This document shows, one piece after another, positions 1 through 8,975 of a stretch of DNA of 41,399 bases (position 1 is the first letter of the stretch; each line of letters opens with the position of its first letter). Under the pieces are notes generated by a model. It saw only the letters and a list, made by a program, of their open reading frames with translations. It was not told the origin of the DNA and did no database searches. The translations under genes were made by a program, and so were the position numbers. This DNA comes from Microbacteriaceae bacterium UBA963 (GTDB taxonomy: Bacteria > Actinomycetota > Actinomycetes > Actinomycetales > Microbacteriaceae). Location: contig DBCH01000042.1 of the NCBI GenBank assembly GCA_002292955.1, forward strand, positions 537 through 41,935, written 5' to 3'.

Positions 1-419
1 CGTGGGTCACCCTTCCGGATGCGAGGTATCCAGCGCCGAGGGGCGGGTACTCCGTCGGCGCCGTCCACCCGAGGTTGAATCAGGCCGATGTCGGGCCGCT
101 CTCCGAGCAGGCGAATCGCGCGCGCCAAGAAATCGTTTCCGAGCAATCGTGCGTCGTCATCCAGAAAGAGCAAGTAGTCGCCCGCGACTCGAGGCACGCC
201 CGCGTTGCGGCCGGCAGGAATTCCCCGGTTCTCTGGCAGGCCCACCGCGGTCACGCCGCGAGGAAGTCCCCGCGGTTGCCAGCCGTTGCCCACCACCGCA
301 ATATCAATCGAGACGCCCTCCTGTGCCTGCACGCTCTCGATGGCGCGCGCCAGATCTGCCGGGCGCTGGCCCATGGTGAGCAGAACCACTCCCGCGGAGG
401 GAATGTGACTAGCGGACAC
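1..419 (-). CDS. Glycosyltransferase family 2, N-terminal part (the gene runs off the left edge of the window)
   Basis: My own minus-strand translation from GTG 419 (alternative ATG 374) reads VSASHIPSAGVVLLTMGQRPADLARAIESVQAQEG..GLPENRGIPAGRNAG..YLLFLDDDA. This is a typical GT2 N-terminus with a DDD (DxD) motif. It is absent from the ORF track because it has no stop inside the window. The + strand ORFs 2..379 and 75..434 are Arg/Pro-rich antisense artefacts. Confidence 0.7.
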   Translation of the reverse strand, partial: MSASHIPSAGVVLLTMGQRPADLARAIESVQAQEGVSIDIAVVGNGWQPRGLPRGVTAVGLPENRGIPAGRNAGVPRVAGDYLLFLDDDARLLGNDFLARAIRLLGERPDIGLIQPRVDGADGVPAPRRWIPRIRKGDP

Positions 420-1194
420 GCGTGCTCGACATGATCGCCACGAAGTGGCCAATGAGTGACAGCAGTGCGAGGGGCGTCATGATGAGCAGAAGCCACTGGC
501 TCGCCACCTGCTGACCCACGAAGATACCCACGAGAGCAAACGCGAGAGCCACGATGGTGAGCTCGACCGAGTGGAATAGCCGGTAGAAGGGGATGAACCG
601 TGCCACGCGGCGCAGGCGGCGCACCAACGAGCCCGTGGGAGCCTTCTCGGTCTGGGAGTCAGCGAGCTTGGCGAGTCCCGCGTGTGCGCGAGCCACGTGC
701 ACCATGTCGTTCAGGGCCTTGTTAAGCACAATAATGAGGCCAAGCAGTAGCCCGAGAGTGGTCCACAGGTATTCGGCGCCGCCCAGGGGCAGGGTGGCCG
801 CACGAATTCCCAGTGCGACGGGAATCAGCGCTTCGGTTGTGTAGTGCCCGACCTTGTCGAGAAAAACACCCGCGGGCGATTTTGTTTTACGCCACCGGGC
901 CACTTCGCCGTCGCTGCAGTCCACCAACATCTGGAGCTGTCCCAGGATCACGGCGAGAACGGGGCCCCAGATGCCCGGGATAAGGAGCGCAGCCGCGGTC
1001 GACCAGCCCACAAGAATCATCAGCCCGGTCACCGAGTTTGCGCTGAGTGACGTGCGCAGGAGGAGCCAGGTGAGATACGGCGAGAGATCGCGCAAATAGA
1101 GCGACGCTGTCCAGTGTTCGGCGTTGGCCCGCAGGCGCACCTCCGGCGGCTGCGTAACACGACGCAGTTGAGCCAACGACGTCGGTTTCGTCAC
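409..1194 (-). CDS. CDP-alcohol phosphatidyltransferase family membrane protein
   Basis: 261-aa polytopic membrane ORF. The motif DCSDGEVARWRKTKSPAGVFLDKVGHY fits the family signature D-G-x2-A-R-x8-G-x3-D. It overlaps the downstream GT2 start by 11 nt and sits 3 nt after the upstream GT2 stop. Confidence 0.75.
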   Translation of the reverse strand: MTKPTSLAQLRRVTQPPEVRLRANAEHWTASLYLRDLSPYLTWLLLRTSLSANSVTGLMILVGWSTAAALLIPGIWGPVLAVILGQLQMLVDCSDGEVARWRKTKSPAGVFLDKVGHYTTEALIPVALGIRAATLPLGGAEYLWTTLGLLLGLIIVLNKALNDMVHVARAHAGLAKLADSQTEKAPTGSLVRRLRRVARFIPFYRLFHSVELTIVALAFALVGIFVGQQVASQWLLLIMTPLALLSLIGHFVAIMSSTRVR

Positions 1195-1197
1195 GCG

Positions 1198-2256
1198 CTA
1201 CCTTCCTGTGGATGTCGTGACGTTGGGGCTCAACCGGGCCATTCCCAGCAAGAAGCCCACACCCCACGACACGTGAATACAAGGCAAGACTATGAGAAAC
1301 CAGAGGCTGGCGCGAAGACCGAGGCCCCGCGTCGACGTCACGGTTGCCAGAACCACGAACAGCGCATAGGCAGCCGGCAGGAGCCAGAACCAGGCAAGGA
1401 AGGGCGTCGACCCAGCGAGAGCTTGGGCAATACCCGCAATTCCGAGAAGCGTTCCCGCGATGATTCCCAGCACGGCCACCGGTGGAACCAGGTAGCGCAG
1501 TGATCCGCCCGTGCCGTTGCGGCGCGTGAGGTCCGCGCGCCACAGGCCCGTCGCAAACATCTGCCGCACCAGCTTGCGCACGCTCGACCGCGGCCGATAC
1601 GTGACACGCAGTTCCGGCGTGAACCACACCGTGCCGCCCGCGCGGCGCAGTCGCTGGTTGAGCTCCCAGTCTTGTCCGCGCTTGATGTTCTCATCAAAGA
1701 GGCCGACCGCCTCGATTCGTTCACGCTGAAAAACGCCCAGGTAAACCGTTTCGGCTTCTCCCGCGGGGCCACCCACGTGCAACCGAGTTCCGCCGAGTCC
1801 CACGCGCGTTCCGTAGGCACGCGCAACGGCCTGCTCGAACGGGGTCTGTCCCTGAGCGTCCATAATCCCGCCCACGTTGTCGGCGTCGGTGTCGAGAATC
1901 GTTTGCACGGCGATGCGCGCGTAATCGACCGGAAGCACCGAGTGGGCATCAACGCGAACGATGATGGGCTGCGCGGAGTGGCGAATCGCGAGATTCAGCC
2001 CGGCCGGCGTCGATCCTTCGGGGTTCTCAATCACTGTGATGCGCTTGTCACGCTTACCCAACGCGTCGACCAAATCGTTGGTGCCGTCGATGCTCGGCCC
2101 CACCGCAATGGTGATGTCCCAATCTCCGGCAAAGTCCTGGGCAAGCAGACTCTCCACCGCATTGGTGACGTGCGCCACATCGTTGAGGACGGGCATCACG
2201 TACGAGACTCCCGGCAATGACTGAGGGTTCGCTGGTGTGGCGCGCGTGCGCGACAT
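1198..2256 (-). CDS. Glycosyltransferase family 2 with C-terminal transmembrane segments
   Basis: 352-aa ORF. The GT2 N-terminal fold signature is VSYVMPVLNDVAHV..AQDF..ITIAVGPSIDGT..VRVDAH, and the C-terminal third is hydrophobic. The overlapping ORFs in other frames (887..1627, 1338..1952, 1672..2220) are compositional artefacts. Confidence 0.85.
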   Translation of the reverse strand: MSRTRATPANPQSLPGVSYVMPVLNDVAHVTNAVESLLAQDFAGDWDITIAVGPSIDGTNDLVDALGKRDKRITVIENPEGSTPAGLNLAIRHSAQPIIVRVDAHSVLPVDYARIAVQTILDTDADNVGGIMDAQGQTPFEQAVARAYGTRVGLGGTRLHVGGPAGEAETVYLGVFQRERIEAVGLFDENIKRGQDWELNQRLRRAGGTVWFTPELRVTYRPRSSVRKLVRQMFATGLWRADLTRRNGTGGSLRYLVPPVAVLGIIAGTLLGIAGIAQALAGSTPFLAWFWLLPAAYALFVVLATVTSTRGLGLRASLWFLIVLPCIHVSWGVGFLLGMARLSPNVTTSTGR

Positions 2257-2303
2257 TTCGTTCCTCGCAGCCGGTGAAGGGATGAGCTTTAGCCTACCAA
2301 AGC

Positions 2304-2351
2304 GACAAAAAGAGAATCGGGGCCACCCCCTTGCCTAGGGCGGCCCCGATT
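2304..2351 (-). terminator. Candidate intrinsic terminator downstream of htrA
   Basis: Inverted repeat AATCGGGGCC (2315-2324) / GGCCCCGATT (2342-2351), with three further inner CCC/GGG pairs. It lies 10 nt after the htrA stop. On the minus strand it is followed by CTCTTTTTG (complement of the A-run at 2306-2310). Confidence 0.5.
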
Positions 2352-2361
2352 GGGCACTGGT

Positions 2362-3798
2362 CTACCTGAATGTTCCCAGTGTGACGGTGATTGTTTGCGG
2401 CTTGCCTCCGCGCACAATCACGAGGTCTGTTGTGGTTCCTGCAGCCAGACTACGAATTGTGGCTGTGAGATCGCTGGAAGATGAGATCGGCACTCCGTTA
2501 ACCGTCACCACGATGTCGCCGGGCCGAATACCCGCCTTGTCGGCCGCGCTACCCGCAACAATCTCCTTGACCACGGCTCCCACCGAGGTGCTGTCCTTCT
2601 GACGTGCCTGGTCACTCACGGTGGCGCCGAGTAGCCCGTGGGTGGCGCTACCCGTGGCAATAATCTCTGTGGTCACCCGCTTGGCCAGATTGGACGGGAG
2701 AGCAAATCCCACGCCGATGCTTCCACCCGAGCCCGCAATGGCCACGTTGATACCGATGAGTCGTCCCTGGGAATCCAGCAGTGCGCCACCGCTGTTGCCG
2801 CGGTTGATGGCGGCGTCGGTCTGAATTACGGGAATGGCAATTGACTCTTGCGTCGCCTGCGTCTCTCCTTGACCCTGTCCAAAGTCAAACTGGAAGAAGT
2901 CGAGCGGGTTATCCTGATCGGGCGTTGTCGAATCCGACTGGTCGGGAACGGCACTGCTGCCGATCTGAATGCTGCGGTTGAGCGCGCTGACGATGCCGGT
3001 GGTCACCGTTCCCGCGAGTCCCAGTGGAGCGCCCATGGCGATGGTGACATCGCCCACATTGAGTTTGCTCGAATCGGCCCACTCTATGGGAGTCCAGTCC
3101 GTAACCCCATCCACCTTCAAGACGGCCAAATCAACCGTGGGGTCGGTTCCCACCAGTTTGGCGTTGTAGAGAAGTCCCCGGCTATCTTCGACCTGCCAGA
3201 TTGCCTCGTTAGTCGCTCCTGAGAGCGTCACCACGTGAGCGTTGGTCACGATGTAACCGTCACTCGAGATGATGACACCCGAACCACTGCCACCGGATGT
3301 GGCGGTGGAGACCTTGATGGTCACCACGCTGGGAGACGCCTTCGCGGCGACGGCCGAGATGTCGGTAACCGCTGACGCGTTGTTGATCACGACGCCCTGC
3401 TGGGGGGTGACGGCCGCAGTCTGCTGAGAGGAATCCTGTGTGATGAGCACGGCGATGCCGGCGCCCGAAGCACCGCCAAGGACGGCGCCCACCGCGAGGG
3501 CGGCCACGAGGGGCACGGCCAGACGACGGGAGCGGGCGTTGCCTTCGGGCGCGGCCGATGGTGATGACGAGGGAGATGACGAGGGAGGAACGGATGCTGC
3601 TACCGATGCGGCTGCAGCTGCGGCCGTTGCCGATGAAGATGTGCTCGAACTCCGGGGCCGGCGGGTGGCCTGCGGCTCAGTCGAGGTTGCGCGCTCACGC
3701 GCAGCCTTGGCGCGCGACGCGGGCGCTTGCGCACCTCCCGACGAATTCTCTGCGGGGGTCGGCGGAACCGGTGTGATGTCATCGGGTGTTTGCGACAT
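2362..3798 (-). CDS. htrA: HtrA/DegP-family trypsin-like serine protease with C-terminal PDZ domain, membrane anchored
   Basis: Motifs TNAHVV (His), DLAVLKV (Asp) and GNSGGALLD (Ser), plus a PDZ-like C-terminus (GAVVKEIVAGSAADKAGIRPGDIVVTVNG). The N-terminus is Ser/Ala/Pro-rich with one TM helix. I chose the start at ATG 3798 (MSQTPDD) because GAAAGGAG lies just upstream. The track ORF extends to 3936. Confidence 0.9.
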   Translation of the reverse strand: MSQTPDDITPVPPTPAENSSGGAQAPASRAKAARERATSTEPQATRRPRSSSTSSSATAAAAAASVAASVPPSSSPSSSPSAAPEGNARSRRLAVPLVAALAVGAVLGGASGAGIAVLITQDSSQQTAAVTPQQGVVINNASAVTDISAVAAKASPSVVTIKVSTATSGGSGSGVIISSDGYIVTNAHVVTLSGATNEAIWQVEDSRGLLYNAKLVGTDPTVDLAVLKVDGVTDWTPIEWADSSKLNVGDVTIAMGAPLGLAGTVTTGIVSALNRSIQIGSSAVPDQSDSTTPDQDNPLDFFQFDFGQGQGETQATQESIAIPVIQTDAAINRGNSGGALLDSQGRLIGINVAIAGSGGSIGVGFALPSNLAKRVTTEIIATGSATHGLLGATVSDQARQKDSTSVGAVVKEIVAGSAADKAGIRPGDIVVTVNGVPISSSSDLTATIRSLAAGTTTDLVIVRGGKPQTITVTLGTFR

Positions 3799-3889
3799 GG
3801 GGGTGCTCCTTTCAAGCACCTTTAGACTCACGCACCAATATGTGCGAATGCTATGACAAATCTGAAAGTGCTCTGGGAGTTTATCCGAG

Positions 3890-4912
3890 TCAGCCGAGGG
3901 CCCCGGAACAGCCCGCGGTGCGACGCGTCGCCCCACACGGCGCGCTCACCAAAGCGCGGTCGAAGCGGGCGGTCACCAGTGTGGCCGGACCGGACTGTGC
4001 CGTCACCTCGCCCGAAACTTCTTGCCACGAAAAACCCGAGAAGCGATAGCTCACGCGGTAAACGGCCTCGACTCGGGCGGTGTAGGTTCCCGGACTCACA
4101 TACGTGTGTGACGTGGGTGTGGTTGAGAACTCGCGGACGCCGGCCGCCTGCCAGGTTGCGCCGGGGCTGGTCGTAGAGGCACTGGTGCCATCGCCGAAGT
4201 GCCAGCGGTACCCGGCCGGATCGAAGGCGACCTCGACGGGCAGACCCAGCACCGTTCCGGCGAGCACGTGACGGCGCGCGCCCGCCAGCATGTTCGTGGG
4301 CAACCCGGCTACGGTCCACCCCGCGGGCTGGGTGGCGATGGTGGGGTTCTCGGGAACAAAGCGCTGCAGGTCTTCAAGGTTGGCCTCGGGGACTTCCGGT
4401 TGGTCAGGCGTTGCCGGTTGTCCGGGTCGGGGGCAGAACCAGGGCCAGACTCGAAACAGCGCGCAGACGGCAAAGGTGACGTCACCGACAAAAACGGGGT
4501 GCGGGTCGATGCCGAACCGAAACGGGCCACGGTATCCGTCGCTCCCCGGGGTCGCGGGACTGCCGGGAACACCGGGTTGGCCAGGAAAGCGTATGCCCGC
4601 CCAAATGTCGAGGCCACCGTTGGAGATACCTGCTCCGTGGCATGCCGTGCCCGGAGGACAGGCGGCGGTGCGTGCAGCAGCGGCCCGATCGAGTGCCAAA
4701 GCAGCGTGCGGAGACGGGTCGCTGAATGCCAGGGCACACAGGGTGATGAGTGTGATGAGCGACGATGACATGAGCACACGTGCCCACGAGCGACGCACGC
4801 TCACCCGGGGCGCCCCGCGGGAGGGGGGTCGGAACATGGCACGAAAGCGAAGCGTCGACATCATGGTCGCGACGGTAACGGCCAGCCGGCTCGCGCGGCT
4901 GCGCCTATCCAC
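3890..4912 (-). CDS. Hypothetical secreted protein with PKD-like C-terminal domain
   Basis: 340-aa ORF with a signal-peptide-like segment (RRSWARVLMSSSLITLITLCALAFS). There is a Pro/Gly-rich middle region. The C-terminal motif FGDGTSASTTSPG..HTYVSPGTYTARVEAVY resembles PKD domains. The start is uncertain (4912, 4864 or 4837). Confidence 0.55.
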   Translation of the reverse strand: MDRRSRASRLAVTVATMMSTLRFRAMFRPPSRGAPRVSVRRSWARVLMSSSLITLITLCALAFSDPSPHAALALDRAAAARTAACPPGTACHGAGISNGGLDIWAGIRFPGQPGVPGSPATPGSDGYRGPFRFGIDPHPVFVGDVTFAVCALFRVWPWFCPRPGQPATPDQPEVPEANLEDLQRFVPENPTIATQPAGWTVAGLPTNMLAGARRHVLAGTVLGLPVEVAFDPAGYRWHFGDGTSASTTSPGATWQAAGVREFSTTPTSHTYVSPGTYTARVEAVYRVSYRFSGFSWQEVSGEVTAQSGPATLVTARFDRALVSAPCGATRRTAGCSGALG

Positions 4913-4920
4913 AGGGAGGG

Positions 4921-5862
4921 TTAGACCGAAACGCCCAGACGCAGCAATATGGTGTCGACGTCCTTGCCCATCTGCCAGATCAGATCATCCAGGGAATCGA
5001 ATTTGAGCATCCCGCGGATGTAATCGACAAACTCGATCACCACAATCTGTCCGTAGAGGTCGCCCGGGGGGCGAATGCAGTGGGCCTCCACAACGCGGTC
5101 GCGTTCGCCCTCAATCGTCGGGTTGGTGCCGACGGAAATCGCCGCAGGGTAGCGACTACCGTCTTCCGTGATCAACCAGCCCGCGTAGACGCCGTCGGCG
5201 GGCATGAGGCCGGTGGCCTCGCGTGACAGGTTCGCCGTGGGGTAGCCCAACTCGCGCCCCTTCGCTTCGCCGTGCACGACCTCACCCTGCATTGCGTGGG
5301 TTCGACCCAAGACGCGCGCCGCACTCGTGACATCGCCGCCGATGATGAATCGTCGCACGAGCGACGACGAGATGCGGTCACCGGACTCATCGGAGACGTC
5401 GTCCACCACGACAACGTCGAAGCCGTGGAGGGTCCCCAGTTTCCGAAGCGTATCGACGTCACCTTCGGCATTGTGGCCGAATCGGAAGTCCTTGCCCACA
5501 ATCACGCACTGTGCGCCCAAACCGTCGTTCACGATCTGGCTGACGAAGTCGGCGGGGCTGAGGCTCGCGAGTTCATCGGTAAAGGGAAGCACGAGGCACG
5601 CTTCGACACCGGTCTGCCCGATGAGCTCAACGCGACGACTCGCTCCCGTGATGTCCAGCGGCACGCTGTCGGGGGTGAAGAGACTCGCCGGGTGTCGATC
5701 GAACGTGACCACCACTGCGTGAAGACCCCGGTCCTCGGCGATCTGCCGAGTTTTCTGGATCATCTCAACGTGCCCCCGGTGAATGGCGTTGAACTTTCCC
5801 ACGGTAATCGCGGAGGGCTTCATTCGATGACCCAGTTCGGCCAGAGAACGCGCAACAATCAT
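4921..5862 (-). CDS. ribF: Bifunctional riboflavin kinase / FMN adenylyltransferase
   Basis: 313 aa. N-terminal nucleotidyltransferase motif VGKFNAIHRGH. C-terminal riboflavin kinase motifs (GRELGYPTANL, GVYAGW, AISVGTNPT). Canonical position next to truB. Confidence 0.92.
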   Translation of the reverse strand: MIVARSLAELGHRMKPSAITVGKFNAIHRGHVEMIQKTRQIAEDRGLHAVVVTFDRHPASLFTPDSVPLDITGASRRVELIGQTGVEACLVLPFTDELASLSPADFVSQIVNDGLGAQCVIVGKDFRFGHNAEGDVDTLRKLGTLHGFDVVVVDDVSDESGDRISSSLVRRFIIGGDVTSAARVLGRTHAMQGEVVHGEAKGRELGYPTANLSREATGLMPADGVYAGWLITEDGSRYPAAISVGTNPTIEGERDRVVEAHCIRPPGDLYGQIVVIEFVDYIRGMLKFDSLDDLIWQMGKDVDTILLRLGVSV

Positions 5863-6251
5863 GTTCGGCCTTCCTTTCGCGAGCGTGTGTACAGATAAAA
5901 CATACCGACCGCAGGCAGCACGAGGGGAACAAACAGATATCCCCGGCCAAATGCCGACCAGACCGTGTCTTGCGGAAACAGTTCGGGGTCGCTCAAGCTC
6001 ACGATGCCCACCACGAGAACGCCCACCAGTTCAATCGTGAGCGTGACCCACCCCACGACGCTCCAGCGACCGCCACCTCGAATCAGCGCGATGGTGGCAA
6101 CAAGGTAGACAACGGCCGAAAACGCCGAAAGTGAGTACGCGAGCGGTGCCTCAGAGAACTTTGTGGCTATTTGAAAGCCCGATCGCCCCAAGGCAGCAAC
6201 GGTCAACACGAGGTAGACCACCAGGACAAGAACCCATGCGCCGCGCTTCAC
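5859..6251 (-). CDS. Small polytopic membrane protein, unknown function (about 4 TM)
   Basis: Hydrophobic ORF. I place the start at GTG 6251, which forms a GTGA overlap with the stop of the upstream gene. Its own stop overlaps the ribF start (ATGA at 5859-5862). The track ORF extends to 6344, which would overlap the upstream gene by 97 nt. Confidence 0.55.
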   Translation of the reverse strand: MKRGAWVLVLVVYLVLTVAALGRSGFQIATKFSEAPLAYSLSAFSAVVYLVATIALIRGGGRWSVVGWVTLTIELVGVLVVGIVSLSDPELFPQDTVWSAFGRGYLFVPLVLPAVGMFYLYTRSRKEGRT

Positions 6252-6622
6252 GAACCGTCGCCCTGAAGAAACCAAATCTGGCTCATCCGGTAGAGCATCA
6301 CGGCGATTGCGAGCATTGCGACCCCGAGCACCACGGTGCTCCAACGCGAGCGATCGGCGAAGGCCCAGAAGGCCGCACCCAATGGAATGAGGAGGGCCGT
6401 GACCAGATAGAGGTAGAACTCAATAAGACTGCCCGTGGGCTGATTGCCGGTGAGTGGCGCCGAAATCGTGACGGCCAACTGCACGATGAGGAGGAGTTCG
6501 ATAACGCCGGCAAAGCCCATGGTGAGATCGTTCGGGCGCCAGCCCACAAGTCCCAAGATGATGGCCAGCGTGCCCCCGGCAACGGCAACCGCCAGTTGCA
6601 CCCAGAGAAACCACTCGATCAC
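6248..6622 (-). CDS. Small polytopic membrane protein, unknown function (about 4 TM)
   Basis: 124-aa hydrophobic ORF. The GTG start at 6622 overlaps the truB stop (GTGA at 6619-6622). Confidence 0.6.
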   Translation of the reverse strand: MIEWFLWVQLAVAVAGGTLAIILGLVGWRPNDLTMGFAGVIELLLIVQLAVTISAPLTGNQPTGSLIEFYLYLVTALLIPLGAAFWAFADRSRWSTVVLGVAMLAIAVMLYRMSQIWFLQGDGS

Positions 6623-7548
6623 GGCGACTCCTGAGACATATTGAAGAGGATGCTCACTCGCGCTGCCTGAGCGTCCACGAGCCCTCTCAGCCTACCTTCG
6701 GGCGATATGGCGGCGAACCTGCCCTCACCGGGGGCGGTGAGTTGAGCAGCCCGGCCGTGGCGCAGGTGTACGTCCTCGTCCGCGTCAAGCTGCCACCGCG
6801 GAAAGATGCGGCCGGCCGCATCCGCGGGTTCCAGGAGACGCGCGGACGTCAGGCTCGTGGCCTCGTCGGAGGGAAGAGTGTCGTCCAACACCAGGGCCTC
6901 GGCGATGTCGAACGGGCCCACCCGAGTGCGCCTCAGTGCCGTGAGGTGGCCACCCACTCCCAGCCGAAATCCGAGGTCGCGAGCGAGAGCGCGAATGTAG
7001 GTTCCCGATGAACAATCCACGACCACGTCGACATCAATCCCGTCATCCGTTCGATGAATGCCCGTGATGTCGAAACGCGACACCGTGACGGGACGCGGCT
7101 CGAGAGCAACCGTTTCACCCTCGCGCACGCGGGCATAGGCGCGCTTGCCGCCGACCTTGATGGCGCTCACAGAACTCGGCACCTGCATAATCTCGCCCGT
7201 GAGCGTGGCGACAGCGGACTCAATGTCGGTGTCGGCCACCCGGGCTAGCTGCTCGCTCGGGGCGCGACCGAGGGTTTCTCCCTCGGCATCGTCAGTAGTC
7301 GTGGATTCACCGAGTCGAATGGTCGCCGTATAGGTCTTGTCGAGGCCCACAAAGAACGTGAGAAGCCGAGTTGCGCCGTTGATACCCATTACCAAAAGGC
7401 CGGTCGCCATGGGGTCGAGAGTTCCCGCGTGCCCCACCCGTCGGGTCGACAGGATGCGACGCAGCCGGGAGACAACATCGTGACTCGTGAGACCCGGCGA
7501 CTTGTCGACGAGCAGAATGCCCGGAGCGGTAAACGAGGGTGAGGCCAC
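6619..7548 (-). CDS. truB: tRNA pseudouridine(55) synthase
   Basis: 309 aa. Catalytic-Asp motif GHAGTLDPMATGLL and the LVDKSPGLTSHDVV N-terminus. Conserved neighbourhood rbfA-truB-ribF. Confidence 0.92.
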   Translation of the reverse strand: MASPSFTAPGILLVDKSPGLTSHDVVSRLRRILSTRRVGHAGTLDPMATGLLVMGINGATRLLTFFVGLDKTYTATIRLGESTTTDDAEGETLGRAPSEQLARVADTDIESAVATLTGEIMQVPSSVSAIKVGGKRAYARVREGETVALEPRPVTVSRFDITGIHRTDDGIDVDVVVDCSSGTYIRALARDLGFRLGVGGHLTALRRTRVGPFDIAEALVLDDTLPSDEATSLTSARLLEPADAAGRIFPRWQLDADEDVHLRHGRAAQLTAPGEGRFAAISPEGRLRGLVDAQAARVSILFNMSQESP

Positions 7549-7577
7549 GCCTTCGATTATCGCTTGCCCGCGTGGTT

Positions 7578-7583
7578 TAGGCT
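7578..7583 (+). promoter_or_regulatory. Candidate -10 hexamer (TAGGCT) for a leaderless glycosylase transcript
   Basis: A TANNNT hexamer ends 6 nt before the GTG start at 7590. No Shine-Dalgarno sequence is present in the 41-nt divergent intergenic region. Confidence 0.35.
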
Positions 7584-7589
7584 CACACC

Positions 7590-8465
7590 GTGGCTGACGA
7601 GAATGCCGCGGATCAGGTTCGCGCGTGGTTCGCCCGCGAGGGGCGTGCGCTGCCGTGGCGCGGCGATGACGTCTCGCCGTGGGGTGTGCTCGTGAGTGAA
7701 TTCATGCTGCAGCAGACTCCCGCAGCACGTGTCATCGCGCCGTACCTTACGTGGATGGAGCGGTGGCCCACTCCCGCCGCCCTCGCCGCCGCGTCTGTCG
7801 GAGATGCCGTGCGCGCGTGGGCCAACCTGGGCTACCCGCGACGGGCCCTGTGGCTGCACGCGTGTGCCGTGACCATCACGGAATCCTTCGACGGACGAGT
7901 TCCCAGCGACGTTGCTGAGCTTGAAAAGTTACCGGGCATTGGCCCCTACACTGCCAGAGCCGTGGCGGTGTTTGCCTTCCGGGCCCACGAACCCGTGGTC
8001 GACACAAACGTGCGTCGCGTCATTGCCCGGTGGCATCACGGTCGCTCCGACCAGGAATCACCGTCGGCCAAGCGCGACCACGCCGACATGCTCGCGCTCA
8101 TGCCCCCGCCTGCCCAGTCGCCCGAGTTCAATGCCGCGATGATGGAGCTCGGCGCACGCGTGTGCACCGCACGGGCTCCACTGTGTGCCGAGTGCCCCCT
8201 GGCGCGAACGTGCGCGTGGCGGAATGCGGGCTACCCCGACACCGGGGCACGCGGGGCCACCAAGCAGGCGCGATATGACGGCAGCGATCGGCAGGCTCGC
8301 GGAGCGCTACTTGCGGTGTTGAGGTCAGCGCCTGGGCCGGTCACTCGCGCCGCGCTCGAGCGTGCCTGGGCTCAGGCCGCTCAGCGCGACCGAGCACTAA
8401 TTAGTCTCATTGACGACGGGCTCATTCTGCCCCTCGCTCGCCAGCGCTTTGAGTTGCCGAGCTAG
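7590..8465 (+). CDS. HhH-GPD / 4Fe-4S base-excision DNA glycosylase (MutY/Nth family, adenine glycosylase-like)
   Basis: 291 aa. N-terminus LPWRGDDVSPWGVLVSEFMLQQT. HhH motif LEKLPGIGPYTARAV. Cys cluster CTARAPLCAECPLARTCAW. The C-terminal about 70 aa do not look like an obvious NUDIX-type MutY domain. Confidence 0.82.
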   Translation: MADENAADQVRAWFAREGRALPWRGDDVSPWGVLVSEFMLQQTPAARVIAPYLTWMERWPTPAALAAASVGDAVRAWANLGYPRRALWLHACAVTITESFDGRVPSDVAELEKLPGIGPYTARAVAVFAFRAHEPVVDTNVRRVIARWHHGRSDQESPSAKRDHADMLALMPPPAQSPEFNAAMMELGARVCTARAPLCAECPLARTCAWRNAGYPDTGARGATKQARYDGSDRQARGALLAVLRSAPGPVTRAALERAWAQAAQRDRALISLIDDGLILPLARQRFELPS

Positions 8466-8899
8466 GCCGACGGATCCGCTTCGCGCGGCTTGACGTACGG
8501 GTCTTCGTCGCCGGCGTACGCCGCCGCCTGCGCGAGTCTTTCCACCTCGGCGTCGGCGGCAGCCGCTTTGGCCAGGAGATCGTCGATGGTCTTTGACGAT
8601 TCGGGCAGAGCATCCAGAATCAACTCAATGGTGGGCGTGAGTCGGATGGTCAGATTGCGCCCCACCTCGCCACGGATACGACCGGTGTTAGCCGTGAGAA
8701 TGCGAGCCGCTTCGGCGCGCTCATCGTCGTTGCCGTAGACGGTGAAGAAGATGGACGCGTGCTGCAGATCACCGGTGACCCGGACATCGGTGATGGTCAC
8801 AAAACCGAGGGGTTCTTTGATGACGCCGCGCTCGAGCGCCTCGGCCACAATGACCTTGATGCGCTCGGCCAGCTTTCTGGCTCTTCCGTGATCAACCAT
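8462..8899 (-). CDS. rbfA: Ribosome-binding factor A
   Basis: N-terminus MVDHGRARKLAERIKVIVAEALE..ITDVRVTGDLQHASIFFTVYG, typical of RbfA. It has the acidic C-terminal tail common in actinobacteria and sits downstream of infB. Start chosen at ATG 8899 by N-terminal similarity; the track ORF begins at 8944. Confidence 0.88.
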   Translation of the reverse strand: MVDHGRARKLAERIKVIVAEALERGVIKEPLGFVTITDVRVTGDLQHASIFFTVYGNDDERAEAARILTANTGRIRGEVGRNLTIRLTPTIELILDALPESSKTIDDLLAKAAAADAEVERLAQAAAYAGDEDPYVKPREADPSA

Positions 8900-8924
8900 G
8901 AGAAATCCGTTTAGTGAGAGACGT

Positions 8925-8975
8925 GTGGGGGTGAAGGAGGGCATGCTGCGGGTTGTGCGGCGTGCCCTCCCCCAC
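8925..8975 (-). other. GC-rich interrupted stem-loop between infB stop and rbfA start
   Basis: Outer arms GTGGGG (8925-8930) / CCCCAC (8970-8975). Inner arms GAGGGCA (8937-8943) / TGCCCTC (8963-8969). 19-nt loop. No T-run follows on the minus strand. Confidence 0.4.

Noticed and set aside
251-496. Track ORF 251..496(-), spanning the junction of two glycosyltransferase-locus genes.
   Set aside because: It is out of frame with both supported genes (GT2 1..419 and the CDP-alcohol transferase 409..1194), and its translation is a low-complexity Arg/Trp/Pro-rich sequence.
2257-2361. tRNA or small RNA genes in the few intergenic gaps (2257-2361, 3799-3889, 11645-11766, 13084-13188, 18719-18802, 40589-40689, 41233-41304).
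   Set aside because: None shows a cloverleaf-compatible arrangement (no GTTCRANYC T-loop box with matching acceptor arms). Most are shorter than a tRNA plus flanks. A covariance-model scan would be needed to exclude small RNAs.
3799-3936. 5' extension of htrA to the track start (MGRRVAPRAV...).
   Set aside because: A strong GAAAGGAG SD precedes ATG 3798. The extension would also overlap the 3' end of the upstream PKD-like gene by 47 nt.
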